64,000 bases of DNA from Azolla caroliniana (Eukaryota; Plantae; Polypodiophyta): contig JBHGNT010000011.1 of the NCBI GenBank assembly GCA_043228905.1, positions 2,728,001 to 2,792,000 of the forward strand, written 5' to 3'. Shown in pieces: positions 24,782 to 38,411 of the stretch. The notes beneath the pieces are model-generated. The model saw only the letters and a program-made list of their open reading frames with translations, was not told the origin of the DNA and did no database searches. A program made the position numbers and the translations under genes. Each line of letters begins with the position of its first letter. The stretch's first letter is position 1.

Positions 24782-27700
24782 TGTCGAATACGAGTCTATA
24801 ATGGCTGTATTCACACTGTGCCTTTGGACAACCCAAGTTTGGGCTATTTCTGTAAATAGCATAAAGGGCAGTTGCCCTAGGACAGTCACTATATAAAGTG
24901 ACTTTGTAGCCTTTAGTTGTGTGTGTTGTTGTCATTTTGTAATTGTTGCTATTGGAATATAACGCTTCTTTGTGCCTATCTCTCTTGCTCTCCCTCTGTG
25001 TCTATCTTGCTCATGTGCATACACAGATTCTTCTTCATCACGAATGTTGCTTGAACTTCCGCATTGACGGCCTTGTCCCCAACATTTGGTATCAGAGCGT
25101 TGGAGGTTCTTCAACCCGTTGTCGACCATCATAGTACACCACACAACATTCTGCTTTCGTTTTCTTTGAAGAACAGAGAAGGGAGAAGAAAAACAAAAAG
25201 CTCGCATCTCACTATGTTAAATCACAAATTGGAGTAAGCCAACCGTCTGTACTCTGTTCCTGTGATTGTAACCGCTTGAGGGGAGCTCCCTGTGCAACAC
25301 CCGACCCAATCGTGCTTCATTCGATTAAACGACATCCGAATAGGTCACCAGACGCTATTCACTTGCTTGTTGTAACCACCCACTGCAAATTGGTCTCCTG
25401 GCAACAACCAAAATCGTGTTTCATTCGGCTTATCGACATTCGGGAGGATCAGTTGGATCCGTCCCTCTCATCGCTGCAGTCGCCCGAAGCCGAATTGACC
25501 CAAACAATTAGTTTCTTGTAATCAATATTTAGCATACAATCAGAAGCTAACCGGGCTCACTCCGACTCGGTAACATTCGGGAGGACCAGCCGGTTCTGTC
25601 CCTCAAGTTACCAGAGTCACTCTGAGCAAGTTCAACAACAAGTATCCGAAACCAAACCGACTCAGGTTCAAAACCGACTAGAACGATATTGGGTGAGCCG
25701 ACCGGCTGCACCCCACTAAGGTTCGTAGTCAACTCCGAACCGAGTCTTACCAACTAAAACTGAAGCAGATGGCATCAACATCCGGCTCATCGGAGATGAG
25801 TCTAAGGAGGTTCGACGGCTCGAACTTCAACTTCTGGAAGGAAAAAATGTAGGACTATCTCCTAGTCAAGGGTCAGATAGACCCGATTGAGAATGAAAAT
25901 CCTCCAGAAGCATACAAGGCAAACGAGTGGCTAAAGCTGGACATAATTGTCCGCGCCACGATTCAGATGCACTTGTTGGAGTCAATGTACTTCACAGTGC
26001 AATCATGCACGACAACTTTTGAACTATGGAAAACACTGTCGGAAACTTATGAAAAGAAGGTCGCTACAACGAAGATGTATATGATCTGGCGCCTCTACAA
26101 CTTGCGGATGAAAGAATCTGATTCGGTTCAAGCACACCTCAACGAGTACAAAAGCATAAGCTCCCAAATCTCGTATGAGGGGACGACAATCGAGGATGAA
26201 CTCAGAGCAATGATACGCATGAGTAGTCTCCCCCCTTCATGGGAAACTTTCGTTACAACTGTGTGCAATGTTTCAACAGCTGCCGTTAAGTACTCCGAAG
26301 TCACGAACGCAATCCTGACTAAAGTAGCTCGAAGAAAATCTTTCGCCAAAGACTCGGCAGATGAAGCTTACATAGTACAAGGTTCGATCGACCAATCGAA
26401 CAACTGAGGAAGAAGTTCTTCCCAACCACCAAACAATCAGCGAAGCCAGAGCAAGTCTCGGGACAACCGAATCTGCAACTATTGCAAGAAACCGGGACAC
26501 ATCAAAGTCGACTGTCGGGCACTCAAAGCAAAAACCGACAAAGCTCAGAGAGCAGATCAAAAGAGTAGTCGGCATGAGGAGGTTAACTACGTCGACTCTT
26601 TAGCCGAAATTTTGACGATTGACCCGAACATCTTGTCCATAGAGAACCCAGTCGAATCAGAAGTTCTGCTTATGACTTAGGAATCTAGCACATGGCTCCT
26701 GGACTCGGGCGCATCGTATCATGTGACACCTCACCGATCTCAGTTTCGGCAATACTCGGACCGACATTCTGACTTAGTTCGAGTCGGAAACTCGCATCAC
26801 TGTGCTATAATCGGAATCGGCACCGTAGAGCTCAACCTTCCGGGTGGCTCTACACTCGTACTACACAACGTCCGACACGTTCCTAAGCTCTCAAGGCCCT
26901 TGATCTCAATCAGACAACTTGACGAAGCTGGCATTTGTGCCGGATTCTCATCAGGAGGGTGGACACTGCACAAAGGGAACCTCCTGCTTGCTCGAGGACC
27001 AAAGGTACATTCCTTGTACCCTTTATATGTCACACTCAAAGAGGGTGACTTATTTTTGGTTGATATCCCCGTGTCATCGTTATGACACATACGACTTGGA
27101 CACCTCAACAAGGCCGACATAACGCACATATCCAGAGTCGGTTACATCCCCAAACTCTCCTTCTTGGATCACCAATTCTGCGAGCATTGCTAGTACGGCA
27201 AACGGGTAGCCGCATCACACCCGACATCAGCACCAAGAGAATCGAGTCCCCTCGATTTGGTCCACTCGGATATCTGTGGCCCGATGCCACATCAGTCTCT
27301 CGGTGGTGCTTCGTACTTCGTCAGTTTTATTGACAACTTGACTTGGAAGGTGTGGGCTTACCCCATTAGAACCAAAGATCGGGTGTTCTCGATCTTCTCC
27401 AAATGGCTTGCAATGGTTGAAAATCAGACCGGTTGGAAACTGAAATGTCTCCGAACTGACAATGGAGGAGAATTCAAGTCTGAAGAATTCGTCAAATTTT
27501 GTCGGGAATGCGGTACTCGACGTGAATATACGACACCCTATAGTCCGGAGCAGAACGGAATTGCAGAACGCATGAATCAGATGATTCAAGAACACATAGT
27601 ATCCATGCTCCAACACTTCGGACTGTCGGATGGCTTCAGGGCGGAGGCTCTACTTACGGCAGTACACATAATAAATATGTCGTCAAGTAGACCTCTAGGA

Positions 27701-30293
27701 CTTCAAATACCTCAGGAAATATGAACCGGCAGTAAGCCGAATTATGACAAGCTGAGGATCTTCGGTTGCGAGGCATATGCCCTCATACCGAAAGACGATC
27801 GCCGGAAACTCGAACCAAGATCAAGGAAATGCATTTTCCTTGGATATGGACCCGACGGCGAGATCAGATACCGACTTTGGGACTCCGAGCACAGATACAT
27901 CATTTGAAGTTTGGACGTCGTGTTCAATGAGTCAGCTATGCATAAAATGGACGATAGGCCTATTGAAGTCCGAAGGGTAATATTCTCCAAAGCGCCAACC
28001 CTTCATGAAAGCCCAGCCCACAACACAAGATCAGTTTCACGGGTAACCGACAACTCTCGCACCGAATCCACTGATTCGGCACAACCGAATGGCTCGGCTC
28101 CCGACCATCCAACATCGACACCCGGTGCGACTAGTCCAGTCATACCCCGCAGATCTGAGATACTATCGCAAACTCCGGAGAGGTACTCTCCCGAAATTTT
28201 CTTTATTGACGCCGGCGAACCGACGTCTTTCGAAGAAGCATCGGCATCTGCCGATTCAGCCACATGGCATCTGGCGATGGAGTCGGAAATGCACTCCATT
28301 CAGGCAAACAAGACTTGGGACTTGGACGAATTACCAAAGAATCGACGTGCTCTTCCATGTAAGTGGGTCTATCGACTAAAAGAGACATCTGACTTGACCA
28401 ACCCAAAGTACAAGGCCAGATTAGTTGTGAAGGGATTTAGACAAGAATATGGCATCGACTTCGACGAAATCTTTTCACCAATGGTGAAAATGACAACCCT
28501 TCGTTTCATGCTCGGCGTCGTGGCCACCGACAACTTGGAGCTGATTTAGCTACATGTAAAAACGACATTCCTCCACGGTGACCTACAGGAGGAAATCTAT
28601 ATGGAGCAGCCGAAAGGCTTTGTGGCATCTAGCTAGGAACATCTAGTCTGCCGACTCAGGAAGAGTTTATACAGCCTGAAACAGACACCTCGACAGTGGT
28701 ACAAGAAGTTCGACGACTTCATCAAGTCGGTCGGCTTCTCCAAGAGCGATGAGAACCATTGTCTCTTCACCAAAATTGCTCAAGTCGGGTCTCCCGTCTT
28801 CCTCATCATTTACGTGGACGACATGCTACTCTCCGACTGACATGCCGACGATCTCACCGAACTCGTTCGGAAACTGCGGTTGAAGTTTGCGATGAAGGAC
28901 CTCGGTCCAGCAAGACACATACTTGGTATGAAGATTAGTCGACATCACGGTAACAGACAACTTTTTTTGTCTCAAACCGACTACATCGGACATGTCTTGG
29001 AATGCTTCAACATTCACTCGGCCAAATCTGCTTCGACCCCGCTCCCCATTAACCTTCGGTTGTCTCAGCGAGAGTGCCCGACATCCGGTCCAGAGGGGGA
29101 AGATATGAAGTCGGTACCGTATGCACCAGCAGTCGGCTCCCTTATGTACGCGATGGTCGTCACACAACTTGATATTTCTCACGCGGTAGGAGTCATCAGC
29201 AGATTCATGCACAACCCAGGCCGATCGCACTGGAACGCAGTCAAGCATGTGTTCAGATATCTAGCTGGCACAAAAAACCACGCCATTCTTTTCGGCTCGA
29301 ACTGAACCTCAGGCATAGTCGGTTACACCAACTCGGACTTCGTCGGCTGTGTGGACAGTCAGAAATCAACAACCGGATATTGTTTCAAATTTGGCAATGG
29401 AGCAATCTTGTGGAAGTCGAAACTTCAGGAGTGCACATCCACCTCAACGACGGAAGCGGAATATGTAATTGCGTCCGACGCGGCAAAAGAAGCCTTATGG
29501 CTCGGTCGGCTGGCACACATGTTTCGACAGGTCGACCTCGACTCGACTCTAGTTGTCTACAGGGACAATTAGGGTGTTGTTGCTTTGTCAAAGAATCCGG
29601 TTCACCACAACGCCTCCAAGCATATCGACGTTCAGTATCACTTCGTTCGGGACTGCGTCATTTCAAGGAAAATCGGCCTCGAGAAAATATCCACAACCGA
29701 TAATGTCGCAGATGGAATGACCTAGTGTCTTTCGGCGGATCGTTTCCGGTCCATTTGGCAGTAGATGGGCGTAACAAAAAATCAGTCCGGTTAAAGTCGG
29801 ACACACAGCACAGGATGGTTTCGGACCACCGACATTGGTTCTTCTAGGATCGGCTTCAGCTCTTACGACCCAACTGGTTCGGTCTTCTGTCTTCGGATCT
29901 TGCTAACTCTAACAAAACTGATTTGTCCGATAAACCTTGTATATACATGCAATTTTTTAGATAACCCATGTATACGCCCATTAGGGGGGAGTGTCGAATA
30001 CAAGTGTATAATGGCTGTATTCACACTGTGCCTTTGGACAACCCAAGTTTGAGTTATTTCTGTAAATAGCATAAAGGGCAGTTGCCCTAGGACAGTCACT
30101 ATATAAAGTGACTTTGTAACCTTTAGTTGGGTGTGTTGTTGTCATTTTGTAACTATTGCTATTGGATATAACGCTTCTTTGTGCTTATCTCTCTCACTCT
30201 CCCTCTGTGTCTATCTTGCTCATGTGCATACACAAATTCTTCTTCATCACGAATGTTGCTTGCACTTCCGCATTGATGGCCTTGTCCCCAACA
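24782..30293 (+). mobile_element. Full-length but decayed Ty1/Copia LTR retrotransposon
   Basis: LTRs 24782-25084 and 29992-30293 (TG...CA, ~95% identical by eye). PBS TGGTATCAGAGC at 25087 (tRNA-iMet); PPT AGGGGGGAG at 29983-29991. Domain order gag (CNYCKKPGHIKVDC), protease (LDSGAS), integrase (VHSDICGP, LRTDNGGEF, QNGIAER), RT (YVDDML), RNase H, with many in-frame stops. Confidence 0.95.
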
Positions 30294-30674
30294 ATCGGAG
30301 GACGTGGAACGGGCAAAAGCGAAATTGTACACGGCATGGAAAAAGAACAAGGACCGGTTCAACCGGACACACCGGTTGAGACCGAAGAAGATCGAGGAAA
30401 GCTACTAGGTGTTGGTTTATGACAGTAGCCTCGACAACCAGCATAAGGCAACGCAAAAATTTGCAAGGAGATGGTTCGGGCCCTACCTGGTGACAAGAGC
30501 GAATGATAGCGCCACGTACCATCTCACGGAGCTCAACCGAACACGGATGGTGGTACAGGTTGCGGGAAAACGGATCAAGACATTCAAGGAATGGTACGAG
30601 GGCGAGCCAGACCCGTGTTGCGAATATGGGAATGACGACCCGGAAAGAGTAGATGAAGGCGGGAAGGTTGACGG

Positions 30675-32624
30675 TGTTGTGAAGATCCGTCACTACGAGC
30701 GGATCGTGAGGCGGAACCGCCGGGGTTCTGGACCGAAAGGATTCGAAGTTGCACAAGCTTTAACGAGAAAGTATTTAAGATAGATTGAAAGAGAGAGAGA
30801 TTGAGATTAAACTCTTCACTTTAAATTTGAAGAATAAGATATATCATCAATTGGATTACAAGTTTCTTATTTGATCATCCAAAATTTTTATATTAGTCCT
30901 TTCATCTTTTTCCTCCCCTCTTTTATAGATGCCCTCATGCATTTGAGGGTACAAGACATGCATAAAATGCATGTTTGCCATTTGGCGCTCATGTATTACA
31001 TGTGGTGCATGATAACCACGTCACTCATTTAAGGTCTCATGTATTAGAATTTATATATAATGACAAAAATATTATTTCATGAAAATGTCTTAGCTTAGTG
31101 GTAAGCCTAAAGACTCTCAACTTAGAGGTGCAAGGTTCAAATCCACACTTGCACTCCTCGTATGTATATTCTGGTCACCGGATGCCGCCGGTTACCATCG
31201 GTCCCCAGTTTACTGGCTCCGCCACCAATTGATGCCTCCATCGTCGGATCCACCGCCGACCAGCCAGTTTCGGTTTGCTTACCGGTTGGTTCTAGATTGC
31301 TTACCGACCAGTCCCGGTTTGCTTTCCGTTCGGTTCCGGTTTAGTTTCTAGTTTATCGGCCGATTCCGAATTGATTTCCGGCCGATTCCGATTCCATTTT
31401 ATTGTTAGTCGGTTTTTGGGAATTTGGCCACGTTCATCCATCTAGACAAAGTGGCCAAAGTGCTCTTAGCACAAATGAAATATAAGGGATCTCAATGTGC
31501 TTATATAGCCAGGGCCTTAACTTTTCATATCTATGTGGGATATTTCACAGTTTTATTTTTCTTTTGCAAAACTTCATACCCACATAAGTTGACACTTAGA
31601 TGTCTGTTTCTTATGTAGTAAAAGTGCATCCGAAAGCTCTTCAAGACCTCCATCCTTTTATAGTTTTATGTGATTTTCACACCATTACCGAAAATCTTCA
31701 CGACATCTACCCCCACCAAACTACACGTCCTCTAGTACGTGCCAAGAAGAGAGAGTGTGAGATTTCGGCTATGGTGATCAATCAGATTCCTCCACATCTT
31801 CATTCACATCCGTCGTACTATCTTCATCGTCGAGGTGATCGAGGTCAGGATCCTTGTCTTGTCTTTTCTTGAAAACCTTTACTCTTTTTCCTGCAAAGGG
31901 TATGGCCAACCTTGATCCATCTAACTCCGCAAGGTGGTATGTGGCATTATCGTTGGCACTTATCACCACGTCACTCATTTAAGGTCTCATGTATGAGAAT
32001 TTACATGTAAAACTATAATGACAAAAATATTATTTTATGAAAATGTCTTGGCTTAGTGGTAAGGCTAAAGACTCTCAACTTGGAGGTGCAAGGTTCAAAT
32101 CCACACTTGCACTCCTTGTGTATATACCGGATGCCATCGATTACCGTCAATCGTCGGTTCGTCGGCTCCGTCACCAATTGACGCCTCTATCCTCGGATCC
32201 GCTGTTGACCGGCCGGTTCCTGTTTGTTTTCCGCTCGATACCAGTTTGCTTTCCGATCGGTTCCAAATTTCCTACTGACCAGTTCCGGTTTGTTTATCGG
32301 CCGATTCCGGTTCCATTTTATTGCTAGTCAGTTTTGGGGAATTTGGCCACATTCATCTATCTAGACAAAGTGGCCAAAGTGCTCTTAGCACAAATGAAAA
32401 ATAAGGAATCTCAATGTGCTTATATAGCTAGGGCCTTAACTTTTCATATCTATGTGGGATATTTCACAGTTTTATTTTTTCTTTTGCAAAACTTCATACC
32501 CACATAAATTGACACTTAGATGTCCGTTTCTTATGTAGTAAAGTGCATCCGAAAGCTCTTCAAGACCTCCATCCTTTTCTAGTTTTATCTGATTTTCACA
32601 CCATTGCCAAAAATCTTCACGACA
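30675..32624 (-). mobile_element. Internally deleted Gypsy element (complete LTR 30675-31705, PPT, integrase tail, partial second LTR ~31966-32624) with ACGG TSD
   Basis: TGTTGTGAAGAT...ATCTTCACGACA ends; 31966-32624 duplicates 31016-31705; NATYHLAELDGSRLAIPFAGKRVK in ORF 31778-31978; ACGG at 30671-30674 and 32625-32628. Confidence 0.85.
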
Positions 32625-33303
32625 ACGGATCGGAGGACGATGAGTGACAAATGGCTGGTTCCTCCCTATCTCTCTCCTATCGGCACATACCGATGGACAT
32701 GCGGTTTGGTGGGGGTGGATATCGTGGGGAAAAACGGCTACAAGAAGAAATGAAGACCTAAAGCATGTGAACTGCAACGTGCACGGATGCACGCAAATTA
32801 TAAACTATGCTTGTAAATAACCTAGGACTAGGCTAGGTCGGCGTGATGTAGGAAAGTTTGATAGGACGAATTAAATACATGGATAAATCTAGGCGAATCT
32901 CTATCCGAAACGACAAAGATTAGCTACTTGATGTAACAACCCTCTCTCTTTTGGGTCTATAAAAAGGATGAAGAGAGGACTAAGAAAGGGATCGCACGTT
33001 TAGGGAGAATGAAGTGTTGTCGGACTGGGAACTGAACACCCGCTCTCTGCCTTCTACTTCGTTTTGTTAGCATAGACGCCTCTACCGCATAGGAAGTCGT
33101 GTGCTCCCGTCAGAGGCTCCTTGTTGTATCTTGGTGTGTGAGTGCGTGCGTTGTTCGCTAAGCCGATTGTATTTGCTCTATTTCCCTAACTAATCGTTGG
33201 TACCTGTCTCGTTGATAATCGAGTGTCGTTTTCTCTTCTTTCCCTTCTTGTGCTCCTTGGTCCGAGGCCTCTATGGTCCCGCCTTTGTTTCGCATGCACA
33301 CGC

Positions 33304-36300
33304 TGTCGCGTTGTTACACGCGTGCGTGGAGAAAGGCGGGACCACGGGGGTCTTGGACTAGGGAGTGACGGAGCGTAGGAAGTCGTACTTCACCATTTCC
33401 AGGGCATCCCAGAAGCACACCGGAAGCAACCGAAGGGAGAGAGAGAAAGAGAGGGAGCGCGCGCTTGACACCGACTCACGCACACACGGGCCGACCCGAC
33501 TCACGCCCTTATGTACAAGAAACGCAGGAAGGGGGGAGCACCCGACACCAACAGAGACACGAATATACACAGACAGACGCAAATGTAAGTATTACAAGGG
33601 AAAGAATACAACCCCGGCTTCGAGCCGAACCAAGCTAGGGTACGTTACAACAGTAGTCTGCAGCCAAGCCGTCGTTCGAGGAGCTCTCGGGCTCGTCACG
33701 CGGAGCGGGGTCTTGCACAGGAGACCGAGCAGCAACAACCCTCAACAGTCCACCCACACCGCGAAGAAGAGGAAGAAGAAGTAGAAGAACTAACCCTAAA
33801 TCTAACAGTATACCCTCTAACACAAAATGGGCAACCGTTCATAAGTGACCCCTCCCTTCCTTTTATAGCCCAAGGAGGGAGGGACCTTACAATGTGGGAC
33901 AAAATTTCCCCTCTTATTTCTATACACCCTTTCCTAGTACACGTGTGCACATGTTGCACACCACTTACTTGCCCTTTCCACCCCGGTTTCCGCCTATGGA
34001 CAAAAATCTTCACGACATCCGCCCCCACCTATCCACACGTCCACCGGTACGTGCCAAATCCGGTGAAGGGTGTGAGATTTCGGCCGGTGAGAAACCGGTC
34101 TTCCGTAATCCGCATCCTGGCTCGCTCCCGGTTTGAACTGTCGGCTTCGGTTCTCCCTTCGCGCTTACCTCCCCGTAGGCTCGTTCGACCCATCGATGGG
34201 TCCTTCGCCGCGATCTCCATAGTACGTGTACTTCCGTTGGCCCTTGTACGGCCGTATGCAAGCTCCGTTGTCCACCGTATGCCCGATGTCCTCCGCTTGA
34301 GGGACGCTCGTACTGGCCTGCTTGGCCTCCATCGACCATTCGTGTTGTCCTGATTGCCGTCCCATGTTGCTTCGCATTGCCTTCGTCTTCTTGTCGTCAC
34401 CTTCCTTCTCCATGGTCTTACGTCGCCGCGTCGGCTCGAACCGCCATGGTCTCCGGAACGGTGTGGAGGATCCTTCTTTGGCCTTCTACGCGCTACCTCT
34501 GAACCGCGGAACCCATCTTCGCGCTCGCCTTTCTGCTCCGCACCTCCGTGTGCTGCATACCCTCGTCCGTTGTTTGGCACTGCCTGTGCCGTACTCCGGT
34601 TCATTGCACGCCTTGTCGGCCCCTTTCCCGGCTAGATCGTGCATCGCCGCTCATCCGCATACTAGTGTCCTCCGCATCCGAGGAACACCCCGTAGTAGCC
34701 CGCTTGGCCCTTCCTGTTTTTGCGCTGTTGCAACAGGTCCTGAGTCTTCCGCTTGCCGTCGTACCCTCGCCCCCACCAGCTTGTCACCCGGGCTTGCCGT
34801 GTCAGTCTTCGCTACTTCGATAGAGCTACTGAGATTTACGAAGCGAGTGTGGAGGATCCTCCTCCGGCCTCTATTGTCGTCCCCTGATTCCGACCCTGTG
34901 CAATCCACTATGTACTCGTCACCTCGTTCTCGGCACCTCCCTTGTGCCATCTTCCGCTTCCTTTGTTCGGCACCGCCCGTGTCGAACACCGTCCCGTAGT
35001 CACGCCTCGATCTGGCCCACGATGGCCACTTGCGAGACTCTTGTTCCGTCCCAGGTGTGCCTTTCTGGCCCGACAAACCTTCCCGTTTTTGCCCCTACCG
35101 GCTCCTTCCGTAACCGGCCTATAAGGGTTTCGCACTCCGTCCGCCCCCATCTTACCGACTCCCGATCCGCTATCTCGTGTCGCCGGGTTCCGTTCCCTGC
35201 CGCCACCATCCTTCTCCCTAGGTCTCACGCCGAATCCTATTAGCCGGCTGCTGGAGTCTCCAGACCGGTGTGAGGGTCCCATAGGACCGGACTCCGTTTC
35301 TCTGCTTGCTGAAATTTGGGTGTCTTTTGTCGGAGTCATTCACGACTCTCCTCATGTCTTCCGCGTAGCCGGGTCCCGTTTCCCGCCGCCACCAGCCTTC
35401 TCTCTCGGTCTCATGTTGCCACGTTGGTCGAACTGTCAGAGTCTCTGGTTCGGTGTGGGGATCCCGTAGGACCGGACTTCCTTACGTGCACTGACCTTGT
35501 CGGAAGGCTTGAGATGGTCTGTAGCCACCTTGCCGGCCTGATACCTTCTTTCTCTCCTTCCGTTGTCCGTTCACGTTCACCGCCGCCACCGATCTCTCCT
35601 ATAGGACTCACGTCGGCACTCGGGCCAACCGCCGCATCGGTGTGAGGATCTTCGTGGGACCTCGGTTTGCCCGCCCTTGTCCCCCCGCTGCCACTGTCAG
35701 TATCTTGGTGTTACGCCGACCGCGTTGAAGACTGCCGAAGTCTCTAGATCCGGTGTGAAGGATCCTCCTTGGGCTCCTCATATCCTTGACCCTTATCCTG
35801 GGTCTTCCTTCTTTCGCAAGTCGAGAGGGTGGCTCACTCCACACCCTCTCCTGTGGTACCGACGTACCGTGTTCCCGGCCTCTTCGTAGGCCTGCTCTCT
35901 TCCTCCCTCCCGGAATGGGTTTCCGAAAGTCCGCTCCGCCCGGTTCTCGTTCGAGTCTGTCCGTCATTCTCTGGATTGCCGGGTCTCGTTCTCCTGTCGC
36001 CACCGATCTCTCCTATAGGACTCACGCTAGCACTCGGGCCGATAGCCGGATCGGTGTAAGGATCTCCGTAGGACCAACCTTCATTATCCTCTTCATCCCT
36101 TGTACTTCTCCTGAACTCGTCGTTGCTCTCCTTCTCGCGTACCCGCCTCCATCTCCCATCTCTCTAGGTCTCACGTCGGCGCTCGTTACCGGCTACTTGA
36201 GTCTCCGGATAAGACGTGGTGCTTCCGTCCCGTAACGATTTGCGGACGCTCGTTCGGTGGTACTGCTCCCAAGTACGTTCGGTGAGAAGCATCTGGTCTG

Positions 36301-38393
36301 TGATCAACCAAGCCCCGCCTGGGCTTGGTTCTCCAATATCCGTAGTTTCGGTTCTGATGCCGACCTCTCCGGACTCGTTCCGAACCCTTGACCACTTCCC
36401 TTCCAATTCCCGACCTTCGCCCGGTCGGTCTTTCTCCCCATGTAAAAGAGGGTGGCTCGTCCCACACCCTCTTCCGTATCGGCACTTTCATGCCAAATCC
36501 GGCCCCGATCGAACGATCCACGACCGGATTCTGCTCCATCCGAATCGGAATGCCGATCTTCTCGTGCCGCTTCCGTCCTCGGCCTCCTCGTAGGCCGTTT
36601 CCCATCCCTCTTCGCTGGCATCGTGCCAAGACTCATCGTCGGTGCCATCCTTCTCTCCGGTCTCATGTCGGCACACGGGCATGACCGCCGGAGTCTCCGG
36701 AATCCGCATGGAGGGCTCTTCTCCGCTCTCGACCCTGTCCTCAGTCGGCAATTCTCCGCAAGTCGAGAGGGCGTTTTGTTCCGCACCCTCTCCCGTGGTA
36801 CCGTGGTACCGATCTTCCGCCATCGCGTGGGGCAAGTCCGTCTCCTCAGTCTTGGCTTGCGGCCTCGATCTTTCCTCTTCCTCGAGCATCGCCTTGAGAG
36901 CTGTGTACGCCTCTGCAATCCTGGCCCCAACGCTGACCCTTGCCGACTCTCTTTGTCGTTCGGCCTCTTCCCGCTGTGATGGCACGCCGTCGCGCCCCTT
37001 CCTCTTAGTCCTCTCGGCTCGCTTGTTATCTAGTCGTTGGCACACCCTTCTGACCTTCGACTAGTCCTCCGTAAGCCCATTCGCTTCGTCGTCGTCTTCG
37101 AGCTCAATCCCGATGGCTTCCCGTTCCGCTCGGTCGATCGACCTGATGAACAATAGGACTTTGCCCGCCCCCACCAAACCTTGTTCTCGCTCCGGGAGCT
37201 GAGCAAGCCGTCGCTCGAACTCTCGGAACGCCTTGGTCGCGCCCCGGTGGGTCTTTGCCGATGCTACCCACTGGTCGAAGTCGTGTCGTCCCCGGCTCTT
37301 CCGTCGTCCTCCGTATGCCTTCAGGAGCGCCTCTTCGAAGGCCTCCAACGAACTATGAGCCTCACGGAGCTCCTTTACTTCTGCATGCATCCGGACAGCT
37401 ACGACCCGACAAAAGAACTCCAGCCTCAACGCCTCGTCTACGCCACGCTCCTCCATATCCACGTTGTAGGCTCCCAAGTAAGATGGGACTTTGTCCCCGT
37501 TGAAACGGTCGACTCTTTCGACCACTCGCTCAACCGCTTGTTGCGCTGCTTCTCACCTCATCACCACTTGTGCCGACTCCAACACCACTTCGGCCACCAT
37601 CACCGCGAGGTCGTCGTCTTCTGACTCCATCCTCCCTTGCCGCCTTTCACGTCGGGTTCACCAAAGATGTCACGTTGTTACGCGCGTGCGTGGAGAAAGG
37701 CGGGACCACGGGGGTCTTGGACTAGGGAGTGATGGAGCGTAGGAAGTCGTACTTCACCGTTTCCGGGGCATCCCAGAAGCACACCGGAAGCAACCGAAGG
37801 GAGAGAGAGAAAGAGAGGTAGCGTGCGCTTGACACCGACTCACGCACACACACACACACACACAGGCCGACCCGACTCACGCCCTTATGTACAAGAAACG
37901 CAGGAAGGGGGGAGCACCCGACACCAACAGAGACACGAATATACACAGACAGACGCAAATGTAAGTATTACAAGGGAAAGAATACAACCCCGGCTTCGAG
38001 CCGAACCAAGCTAGGGTACGTTACAACAGTAGTCTGCAGCCAAGCCGCTGTTCGAGGAGCTCTCGGGCTCGTCACGCGGAGCGGGGTCTTGCACAGGAGA
38101 CCGAGCAGCAACAACCCTCAACAGTCCACCCACACCGCGAAGAAGAGGAAGAAGAAGTAGAAGAACTAACCCTAAATCTAACGGTATACCCTCTAACACA
38201 AAATGGGCAACCGTTCATAAGTGACCCCTCCCTTCCTTTTATAGCCCAAGGAGGGAGGGACCTTACAATGTGGGACAAAATTTCCCCTCTTATTTCTATA
38301 CCCCCTTTCCTAGTACACGTGAGCACATGTTACACACCACCGACTTGCCCTTTCCACCCTGGTTTCCGCCTATGGACGAAAATCTTCACAACA
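33304..38393 (-). mobile_element. Non-autonomous (gag-only, LARD-like) Gypsy LTR element, 5.1 kb
   Basis: LTRs 33304-34017 and 37668-38393 (~97% identical by eye). PBS at 37646-37663 matches the tRNA-Trp 3' end (TTCACGTCGGGTTCACCA on +). PPT is adjacent to 34018. A gag remnant lies at ~36490-37630; no RT/RNase H/integrase motifs. Flanks are ACGC/ATGC. Confidence 0.88.
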
Positions 38394-38411
38394 ATGCGTA
38401 AATACGCGACA

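Larger units (their letters stand above)
30294..38411 (+). mobile_element. Gypsy 3' remnant (integrase C-terminus, PPT, 3' LTR 32720-33303 + 38394-38411) hosting two younger insertions
   Basis: ORF 30409-30783 has the GPY-type integrase end (KFARRWFGPYLVTRANDSATYHLTEL). PPT GGTGGGGGTGGA precedes 32720; the LTR ends CGCGACA at 38411. Confidence 0.7.

Noticed and set aside
31088-31155. tRNA-like segment (GCTTAGTGGTAAG...GGTTCAAATCC), also at ~23520-23580 and ~32050-32110
   Set aside because: It has A/B-box-like words but no convincing cloverleaf and lies inside LTRs; at most a tRNA/SINE-derived relic, so it is not called as a gene.
33358-37060. Numerous overlapping 60-225 aa ORFs on both strands
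   Set aside because: By-products of a GC-rich LTR and repetitive interior; no recognisable domains apart from gag.
37646-37663. tRNA-Trp gene
   Set aside because: Only the 18-nt 3'-end match is present, next to an LTR; it is a primer-binding site.
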